Shown here piece by piece: positions 51,501 through 60,515 of a DNA stretch of 64,000 bases. Source of the DNA: Phallusia mammillata. Its lineage: Eukaryota. Each line of letters opens with the position of its first letter. Within the stretch, counting starts at the first letter, position 1. Both the position numbers and the translations under genes were made by a program. The stretch is from the NCBI GenBank assembly GCA_965637545.1, contig OZ281499.1, positions 2,170,001-2,234,000 of the forward strand, given 5' to 3'. The notes below the pieces were generated by a model that was not told the origin of the DNA, did not search any database, and saw only the letters and a program-made list of their open reading frames with translations.

Positions 51501-54500
51501 GCAAGCATCATCACCTCAAAAATGTTGCAAGCTTAGTATAAAGGTTTAAAGCAAAGGTGTTTGCAACATTTTTGCATACGCGGGCCAAAATGTACTGATA
51601 TAGTGCGGAGGCGGGCCGCATTGATGGTCATGCAATAACATGGCAGTGCTAGGCAAAAGTCAAACACAATGATTTTGTCTCTGTACGTAACAATGCCTAT
51701 CTTAGTAATAAACTAACAACTATCAACGTTTAATGTAACAACTCTGTGGTACAAAAAGGGATTTAACGCATACATTCCTTCCGGTCGATCAAAATAAAAC
51801 ACATGTCGCGGGCCGCTCAAAAGTTGCTCGAGGGCCGGATGTGGCCCGCGGGCTGTAGGTTGCCCACCCCTGGTTTAAAGAGTCCGTCAGCCTTGGAACG
51901 TTTCTTCAAATATATGCTTACCCAACGCATTTCTGCGCTATTTTCGCACGTATTCACTTTGGGCAACCGTAAGTTAAATGAAGTGTCACTTACAAAAAAA
52001 CTGAAAAAAAGATTATTTTTACGAAGGAAAGCGAAAAATACAATTCTCACATTTTTGGTTAAATGTGGTTTCTTGTTTATTTGCAAATTCCATGAAACTG
52101 TATTTGACAGAACACGTTTTTGCTAACCTAGTGGTATAGGAAAAATAGTCCGCCATTCCTTTGCAACGTTTCCTCCAATACATACTTACCTTACACATTT
52201 TTGCGTTATGGCAACCAGTATTCACTTTAGGCAATGCTAAATTACCACCAATTCCGTGTGTTATTGTCAGGTTACAGCGGTCGAGCAGAAAGCGTTCCTA
52301 ACGACGGGGTAACACTTGCTAATGGGCGCCGTGCTCGCGCCCTGCCATCAAATGCGTTTGCTGGCTTACGGGGTGATCCGTTATGCAAACCGCAACCCTT
52401 TACAAGTATTGCCACGACAACCGCCGAAGCTTACCCTATGACGTCACAATGTGTTATGGCTCTTTGCGTTCTTTTATTTCAAACCTTTGTCCTACTCTCC
52501 CGCCATTAAACGTGAATGCGGTCTTTAGTCTATTGTGCCTTTCTAAAGTGCGTTATTCGATATTTAGAGGGTGAACTATGGTTAAGAAGATGTTTTCGTG
52601 GTGCTGTTGGTTTTGAAAGTTCGGCCAGACGTGGCTTACCGAGTTTGTTATCCAAACTTATAACACGGAACTCCATATAATTAGGTGTCTGAATTTCAGC
52701 AATGATGTCATTTTTCCGCGTTTTTTTGGGTTTTGCAAACAATGCCAAAAATTCTACAGAACTTTATCATTTCCTCGTCCTGACTTCCAAACTAAAACAT
52801 ATTTTGTCAAATATTTTGGTAAATTGATCCTGGGAATTATTCCCAATTCTGTTGCAATTCTCTTAACAATTTCCACCTCTCATCTTGTTTACCACAAGTT
52901 TGACAACATTTATTTCCACGTTAAAATCTGTTAAATTCTATTTGAATAAGGCACTGATACTTAGTCACAAAAAAACACGGATTTAAAAAGTAGCTTTACT
53001 AAGGTAAAAATTGCCAGCGATGTAGAATAAAACGTATTTATTTTATTAATCAAACGTTTCGACAAAAACAGATGTCATCATCGGAGAAATAAGGCACAAA
53101 CGGCGTTATATCTTTTATAGTTAAAGTAGACGAAGAATAAGACATTGAGAATAGTTTGATAGCGATACATATTTGTCTTAAATGAGAAAGCCTACAGATT
53201 GGAACCTGGAAATAAACATATTCTGTTTTTTAATGCGTAAACTTGAAAATATTCAAGTTATATAATGGCAAAAGAGGTATAAATAAATCCCCTTTTATTG
53301 CCCTTTATGGTCACTAAAGATGTTTTTTTAGCGAAATATATTTGTTCTTTATATGATTGCAACTGATCTTAACCCGGAAGTAAAGATTCCCCAACTTGTG
53401 AGAGGAAAAATATTAGTGAATATTTTGCCAGAGCCAAGCTAATGTTTAGCAATGGCAGAATGCAGTTGTGTAATGGAAAACCTAAAACTCACTGTTATTC
53501 AGGCGGGAGCACCCTTACGAGACTATTGCTTATGACTCGAGCGGTGTGAAGATAGTGGGTCGTCTTAAGCCTCCGCCAAGTCCGATTCAGATTAAACGTC
53601 AATCAAAAAGCGAAGGTGGGTGACGTCACATATATTATGACGTCATATATATCGCTTGCATATTGAAACAACGCACTAGACTAGAAGTTTCGAAGTACAG
53701 TTCTACACTGCGAAATGCCAATTCTTGCATAGGACCTGTCCCTTATTTTTTAAACATTTTTGTGAAAATACTTCAATTGACTATGTTTAACGATGAATAT
53801 AACGGCCCAAATATACGTAAAAAGCGACATGCTTTATTAATTATTATTTAAACGTTTCGGCAAAAGCTCATGCCATCATCACTGTTATAAAGGCCCCCAC
53901 CCGTTCATATACACTTGAGTCACGTGAAGGAATGATAAAAGGTGCGAAATAAGCGTCGCTTAAAAACGACAGATAAAAAGGTGCCCAGAAGCGAGGTGTG
54001 CCGTTATTTTCATCATTAAACTTATGAACAGGTACATAGTGTTTCAATTGATTATGTTTTTGAAGTCGCATATTTAATGTGCAATTTTGTTTTTTGAATG
54101 GAGAGCCTGTGGATTACTGGACATTACAAAATATTTTAGTTTAATGCAATTGGAACTCTAAGTTGGAGCAGTGAACTTATTTGTGACGTAACAGCCAATT
54201 GTTTGTTCCATTTTGATTCAAAAACCTCCCCTTTTTGTAGACGTGACCATCTTTCCATTTAACCCTGAACAACCGAACTACGAAGATATCGACGTTAAGC
54301 CCCGTTCCAAAACCACCCGAGTAAATCCGAAAAATCGCGAACCCTCAATAACCAAAACGTCCGGGCCTAAACTTCTTCCAAAGCCTAATAGCGTCGGGCT
54401 TGCTTCCCGTTCTTCCTTATGCGTGAACCCGACTTCGGCCATCGAGCCGTCGCCGTATCTTCAGCGGACTTGGAGTGCACCGAACACCGCCACGTTGGAT

Positions 54501-57500
54501 GTCCGCCCTCGAAGTCGAGCGGCTCCTGAAAGTCCTCAGCAGAAAAGTTCGAGAAGCAAAGCGTTATCCCCTAAACTTCGTTTATCCAAAAATAAAGTAG
54601 GTTTCCATCTTTTGTTGTTAGCCGATGTCAATCTTAAAAATCAATTTAAAATCAGTATCAATCTGGAGATTTTTAACCTTTTTTAACCACTACATTCGTT
54701 TCGGAATCCGCTGCTTTCGTTTTTTGGGCATTTGTTTAGGGATTTCAAGTTTCTACCACTAAAAAGTAATCGTGGTTAAGGGCACATACACTGAAAAAGT
54801 TTGTTTGCTGATAACCAGTTTTGTCATTGACCCAAAGAAAAAAAATAAGTTATGAGTTGGGTAGAAGTAATGATTTTCCTTATTCTGGAGAAAGTTATGA
54901 CAATTTTACAAAAAACTTTTCGAAAATATTTGTATTTCAGCAAGCAATGTTAAATAGGTACACAAGACACAGACTTAAAGAGTAGTTTTACTAAAAAAAT
55001 TGCCAGTGATGTACAATATAACGTAGACATTTTATTAGGCAAACTTGGCCCAAAAAAATTGTCAAATGTTGGATAGTTTATTATTGATATATAAACCTGT
55101 GCCATACACTAAATTTTCACGCAAAAAATAGTCCTTCTATGTAATCCACGCCACTGTGGTGGTTTTGCAAACAGTTGTTTTTTCTTGTGTTGAAAAAATT
55201 TGTTTTTTGTCACAAATTATGGGGCAACCATCTAGCATAATACCGAACCTAAGGACGCAAGCCGAAAATGAGGACATTTCTTAGATATTAGGAAGGTATT
55301 GCAACCCTGCTTTTAACCATTATATTTCCTCTGAAACAAATTAAAACGTGACCTCGCTTTTACCTTTAGCCATATTTGGTTTGTGGCCGCGCCCACGTTT
55401 TGTTTTCTGGCTTGCCAGGATTACACAAATACCTGACACAACAATAACGCATTTTGTGCCCCAAAATAGACTGCACTTTTGAAGTTAGAGGGCAGCAAAG
55501 GCTAGATTTGACAGCGTTTTACGTCACTAACCCTCTGATTGGATTACAACATTTGGTTTAGTGGATTTTGGCTGACTCGAAGGGTAACCTACTTCACGAG
55601 CCTTTGGGTTAGGGTCTTTCTGCGGGTTACTTAACTAATTTACCCAACCTCTGGCTTAATTGTGGTTTCTGCATTCCCTTTGTTGATTGAACTGCTACTG
55701 ATGGATTAGTTTGTGGTGTCGAAACGAAGTGGTCCTTATGTTGTGGGAAACCGTTCACCGCTGTTTGCCCAAAAAATTGTGGCATTTTAAATACGATTAG
55801 CGGAAGGGAAAGGGTCAAAACCTATTTGAATTTGGCTCTAGTGCAGTGTTCTTCAGTCTTCAGCCAAACCTTGAAGTTTTAAGAGGCGAAATTTTTGCAT
55901 GCTTAAGGACGCAGAAAAAAAATTTTTTGGCAGTAATTAAATGCCAGTTTTAGGCTCCAGCCAAGCGTTTAATTCCTTCCTAAAATGTCTGCAATTTGGC
56001 TTTGTGCAAAGTTATGGCGAGGAAATAAAGAACTACGCACTTTTTCAAGGTTTAGAACTGTTAACCCAGTTTAAACCAACTGTTTGTTTTTTTCATATAG
56101 CAATCTACCTAATTAAAAAACATACTTTTCTGTTTTAGGAGAAATATGCCATACAACCTTAGTTTTAACAATCTTAACAGAAAGCATGACTTTGTTCATC
56201 CAAAAAAGACAAATTGTAGAAATAATAACAGTATAAGCACCCTTTACAGAACCAATGTGTTTTTCAATGCCCACCACGTAAATCTACGTACTTTTAATCG
56301 TTAAAAAGTCCAAATCAACATTAGAAAACATCTACCTAATGAAAATAACACATTTTTCTGGACAGTTTTAAGAGAAATTGGCCGTACAACAAGTGGTGGA
56401 AATTATTTTTACCTAAAAATAAGATCAAAACATAAAAATACAGACGGTATGGACATGGCCACTCTTTCATATAACGTATTTGTTATATTACCTTCTCACC
56501 AAGCAAACCCAGTTTATTGCTTCTCCTAAATGCGTGTGGTCCTGTCAAGTCAAATCCGTAACTGATTAACGTAAGCCGTGTTCACCCTGTTCGTATCAGA
56601 CAAAAATCCTACTTAAAAAATGCATCCCATGCCTTAGCTGTGAGCCGGGATTAACTGTTTCCAAATCTCTGACTTAAACTGCATATCAACGTACAGTATC
56701 TCGTTTAACGAGGTCAGGTGTCGAAATGATTTGGGTTTTACTGCGTTGAACTTTCTACAAGTTTAACTTTGATGCAACACAAATTGTTTACATGTGCCGG
56801 AGTACACATTTGTCATTAGCTTTTAAACCAAAAATGCCCATTTTTAACAATTACAATGAGTTTTTACGCATATTAATGTACATGACTCGTTAAATAATTT
56901 GAAAAAAAACTCTACATAATTTTAATGAGGAAAATAACGACCAAATTAGACGAAAAAAGCAACATGCTTTATTATTCAAACGTTTCGGCAAACTTTGCAT
57001 AAAGTTGTGTTGTAAATTTGTGTAAAAATAGTCAAAAAACGATATTTTATTTACCACATTGTAGTGGGATTATTATTGATTATGTTTGTTTTGATTTGTT
57101 TAGTATTGAAACTAAAGAAATAAATGCAAAATGTAACGTATCGTTGTGAATTTGAAACACCAACGAAAATGTTTGAAAGCATTACGGTACTTTAGAACCG
57201 GCCGCCTCGTGCGTCCTTACCAAAATATTTACCCCTGAACCAAACGCTACAAGCTGATACTCGCAGATCAAAGCGCGCATTGCTGAAGTTATCGAGCGAA
57301 AGGAGGAACTGATTGGCGAGCTGTCCAAGAAGAACGAGGTTAATCCAAAGTGTCCACAGCTCAGGTAAGTGACCCTGTATCAATTACTGGACATCACAGG
57401 CTGCTTGGGGTTTGCAAGCTAATTTTCCCACCTTTTCAACTGCCCCGTTCCCACCTTTGTTGTTTTGGGGTTTAATTTGCTCGCGTCGGTTTACAAATTC

Positions 57501-59662
57501 GAAAAATGTTGTGTTGTGCAAAAGTGTGGTTGTTTGAAGTGGCTAAAAAGTGAAAGTTAGATGATGTTATTTTCATCTATACCGAAAACTTTACGCTAAA
57601 TTGGAATCTACAAGTTTTTTTTTGCTTTGAAACAAAATTTTATTGGAAAATGAACTGACAAGTGTATTTATAAAAACGTTCGGGGCCATTTAAAACTTTT
57701 GGGAAAGAATAATTTTGGTTATTAGTGCATTTAAACCTGTGGGTTTCTTTCAGAACAAACTAAAATGCAACATTTGAGAAAGTTTTTGTTTTATCATATT
57801 CTTTCTTAGAAACAAAAATTAATAAAAAAATTCATTTACGGGTTTATTTATCGTTTTATGCAAAACAAAGCGGTCTGATGAAAATTTGTGAGAACCTTTT
57901 TAACTCTTTTCCAACAGACACAAAGAAAATCGCTTCTACTGCGAAAAGCCGCGCATGCGCAGACGCATCAAACGCAAAGTTCGCAAGAAGCGACGCGTTT
58001 TGGACGAAAGACGCCGCGTTGGGATTCAACTTATGAGGTCACGTGACGACAACGCCGCTCGGGGGCGCCAGGGAGGCGACGATGACGTCACGGGCCAGCA
58101 GGAGGGCCACAATCGCTGGCCGCTGCCGGGGGTCTACTTTGAGAGCAGCAGCGGAAGCGGAAGTGATGTATGGCGGTTTAGGTCGCCCTTGTTGCGCAGC
58201 GAGGCATATCGCGACGCGGCCAAGCGTGAAGCATCTTTGCTTGAAGACATCTGGTGTCATTTGGACGAAATTACGCAACGATCGAATCGTATCAAAGGTA
58301 AATATGTCATCGCCCCGATAAGAAAACTTGTTTTTTCCGCTTCGGCGCTCGAGTGTGATTCAGGTGCTACGTGATTTACGTCACATAGAGGGTAATTGTG
58401 ACGCTTAAAAGTGATTTTAACCCGCTACATTAAGGCGTGTTCCTGCCTGGCCCAGCGAATCATTACATAATCCCTGCTATATCAGGAGGTGACTCTAAAC
58501 TCGTTTTACCGCAGAATCCTATTCTTCACGTCGCGCTTCGGACTCACTCTCTAGTTTGAGCGATGATATAATTATCCACCATAACACCGACGCAGTTGGA
58601 CGACAACTAAGCCCAGCGACAGGCGACACGCGGTTTGCAACACGCGACAGTACATCCGACCGCGGCTACTTCACCTACAAGTACTTGGCCTCCGGAGGCG
58701 CCATGCGAAGGGTGTTGGGACGCCAGCGGCGCAGGAACGGCCCGATGACACGTCAGAGGCCACACAGTTGCGTAATCATGACGTCAAGCGGCATGAGTAC
58801 TCTCACAGACACGGGTACGGGCGCTTGGGTGTCGAGTACCGCTACTCGCTGCAGCAGTTTCTCGAGTTCCAGAAACAACTCGCTCTTTGACTCCGCGGCA
58901 CTCGCGCGGCATGAACGTTTCGACTTCAACAGATTCGTGATTCCAAAAATAACTTTCAGCACTCCTAGTGACGTCACAAACGGAATTAATGACGTTAGTG
59001 GCACAGAGAAGCGGGAAAAGTCGTATTTGTCCGTTCTGGATTTGTATTTAGGCAGCACAGCAGATTCGGATCCGATTTACGAGCAGTTATCCAATTGTTT
59101 GACGCCGAAATCTGACTGTGCTAAGGATCGTGAGCGCTCACTAACGGCCAATGATTCTGTGCGGGTTAAGGGCGACAGGGCGGGTTACGCTGTGATAACA
59201 AAGCGAGCTTGTGTGCAAGAGGCAACCTACGTTGAAGTTCACCATTCACAAGACGAACAAACTACAAATGCGACAAAATTGATCAACGATGTTACCGATG
59301 TAAAACAAGACGAAAACATTTCAGATTCCGAACGCACCTCCGACACGATACGCAACGGATCGGTCGGTTCCATCGATGACGTCATAGTTACGTCACACAC
59401 TGACGTCATAGTTACGTCACACATTGACGTCACCGGTCCTAAGCGACAGGCGTTGGTGGAGCGAAGCTCGGGCAAACATTACGTAGTGGTCGCGCCTGCG
59501 TTGTCTCGCAAACGCGTGACGTCATCGGACGACAGCATGGGTGACGTCATAGCTCGTGGTGACGTCAGTGATTGCGTCAAAGTCCGAGGTTCCAAGGAAG
59601 GGGATGGTCTGAGTTGTGTTGAAGATAATGGGCTGTGCGTGTTTATGGAAATGAGTGTTTGA
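39500..59662 (+). CDS. Multi-exon single-pass transmembrane protein with long Tyr-motif-rich cytoplasmic tail (transmembrane-adaptor-like); N-terminal exon(s) unresolved
   Basis: Eight phase-compatible GT-AG exons: 39500-39584, 45324-45643, 46705-46849, 53503-53615, 54241-54596, 57267-57364, 57918-58297, 58515-59662 (stop TGA). About 881 aa from the TM exon onward, with no in-frame stop across any junction. TM LGIGILIGLAVGTCLLFAFLSF is followed by KCCKKRIAKRR. Confidence 0.8.
45064..45248. mobile_element. Tc1/pogo (Tigger-like) MITE
   Basis: TA|CAATAAACCTCGG...CCGAGGTTTACT; internal CCGGATTAACCG repeats. Confidence 0.7.
45324..45643 (+). CDS. Adaptor-like gene exon (IAKRRMKNF...LTYDDIVTSVK)
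   Basis: Acceptor ttccAG, donor GTGAGT; phase 2 to 1; part of ORF 45256-45723. Confidence 0.85.
45695..46080. repeat. Degenerate ~130-bp tandem repeat (3 units), intronic
   Basis: GATTTAG(G/T)GGCACG...TTTTCTATTTGA at about 45695, 45824, 45961. Confidence 0.85.
46705..46849 (+). CDS. Adaptor-like gene exon (VDINHR...AVYDVG...VEYMNV...RPR)
   Basis: Acceptor tttttccccaacAG, donor GTAGGT; phase 1 to 2. Confidence 0.8.
49054..49233. mobile_element. hAT-type MITE
   Basis: Degenerate TIR CAATGGTTTCCAA / TTGGGACCACTG; TSD TGTTATAT/TGTTAGAG (6/8). Confidence 0.65.
51552..51872. mobile_element. hAT MITE (GGGCCG family)
   Basis: Right TIR GTTGCCCACCCCTG, degenerate left TIR; exact TSD GTTTAAAG. Confidence 0.85.
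53048..53092 (-). ncRNA. Variant hammerhead motif
   Basis: CCGATGAT-GACA...TGTC-GAAACGTT; its tail (52960-53050) is duplicated at about 54950-55050. Confidence 0.4.
53503..53615 (+). CDS. Adaptor-like gene exon (REHPYETIAYDSS...KPPPSP...KSE)
   Basis: Acceptor gttattcAG, donor GTGGGT; the phase 2 to 1 exon needed to bridge 46849 and 54241. Confidence 0.7.
53770..53890 (-). mobile_element. Second pLTR family with decayed hammerhead (GTGATGAT-GGCA..TGCC-GAAACGTT)
   Basis: Tail AATAAAGCATGTCGC; related copies at 5810-5975 (+, with a 49-bp internal duplication) and 56945-56995 (-). Confidence 0.5.
54241..54596 (+). CDS. Adaptor-like gene exon (DVTIFPFNPEQPNYEDI...PKLLPKP...LSKNK)
   Basis: Acceptor cccctttttgtAG, donor GTAGGT; phase 1 to 0; part of ORF 54213-54686. 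Confidence 0.8.
57267..57364 (+). CDS. Adaptor-like gene exon, coiled-coil-like (IKARIAEVIERKEELIGELSKKNEVNPKCPQLR)
   Basis: Acceptor ctcgcAG, perfect donor CAG|GTAAGT; phase 0 to 2. Confidence 0.75.
57918..58297 (+). CDS. Adaptor-like gene exon (basic RRRIKRKVRKKRR stretch...SLLEDIWCHLDEITQRSNRIK)
   Basis: Acceptor ctcttttccaacAG, donor GTAAAT; phase 2 to 1; overlaps ORF 57955-58374. Confidence 0.85.
58515..59662 (+). CDS. Terminal coding exon of adaptor-like gene (Ser/Thr/Asp-rich; YEQL, YAVI, YVEV, YVVV)
   Basis: Acceptor ttttaccgcAG in phase 1; continues into the 368-aa ORF 58556-59662; ATTAAA about 120 nt after the stop. Confidence 0.85.
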
Positions 59663-59698
59663 TATACAGTATAAGATATTGCTGACTAATAGGCATAA

Positions 59699-59741
59699 CA
59701 TCAAGTTTAAAGGGCTATATAATAGCTCTATAAACTTGATG
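59699..59741. repeat. Hairpin in the 3' UTR of the adaptor-like gene
   Basis: CATCAAGTTTAAAGGGCTA-TATAA-TAGCTCTATAAACTTGATG; arms match the 22024 and 22240 inverted arms. Confidence 0.8.
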
Positions 59742-59850
59742 AGTGTTTGATGTTGGAGATGTAAAAGTTCATTTTGTATTTTATTAAATTTCGTCCGGAA
59801 AAGGGCGTTGGAAAATTGCGAAACATACAAATGCAACATGTGGAAAGTAG

Positions 59851-59962
59851 GGGCAGGAACTCGGCCGAATGGTCCAGCGCGCCTGACCCATATACAGATA
59901 CAAAAAACCTTGAACGGGATTCGTCCCCTGGAGCGTCGTGGGTTCGAATCCCGCGAAAAAAA
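59851..59962 (+). mobile_element. tRNA-Leu-derived short SINE
   Basis: GGGCAGGAACTCGGCCGAATGG...GGTTCGAATCCCGCG plus A7; sits between the two convergent genes. Confidence 0.85.
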
Positions 59963-60515
59963 CTGTGGGAATTATACAGAGGTAGGCAAGTTGAAAGAAG
60001 TGTGATGTTTAAATCTGGGCTCATCTATTCACTTCCAGGGTATTCAACCACGTAGCTCTTAAAAGAAAGGGAGAGAATTAGTTTGTACTAAACAGTAAAG
60101 TTAATAACACTAGCTCAGCATTTGTATCACACCTAAGTATAATTTATACAGTAGTCAAAACGTTTGTCTATGTCAGAATTGCCAATTCGTGGGGCCACAC
60201 AAATCAAGGATCAGAAGGGTCACTGAGGCATCGACAGAGCGTGGGTGTATACAAAACATTTAGGCTCAAATATTTTCATACATCCATATAGATTTGCATG
60301 GGGCAAGATGAACATAAATTCATAACTAGAGTCAGCCCTAAAGCATTCATGCAGCCGAGTGATCACGGCATACTCACATATAAATCACAGAACGCCAGGC
60401 TTATTAAAGGCGTTGTACCCAATCAAGCCGGACCCAAGCATTCCCATATGACAAGGCGCAAAAAATTGGCATAACGCTTTCAATGGGCCTGGTGTACTGT
60501 GATTGATCTGGAGTA

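Noticed and set aside
58039-59475. Minus-strand ORFs 58039-58278, 58753-59058, 59239-59475
   Set aside because: Antisense shadows of GC-rich coding exons on the + strand
59851-59962. Functional tRNA with CAT anticodon
   Set aside because: No 3' acceptor strand; poly(A) tail and TSDs indicate a retroposed SINE
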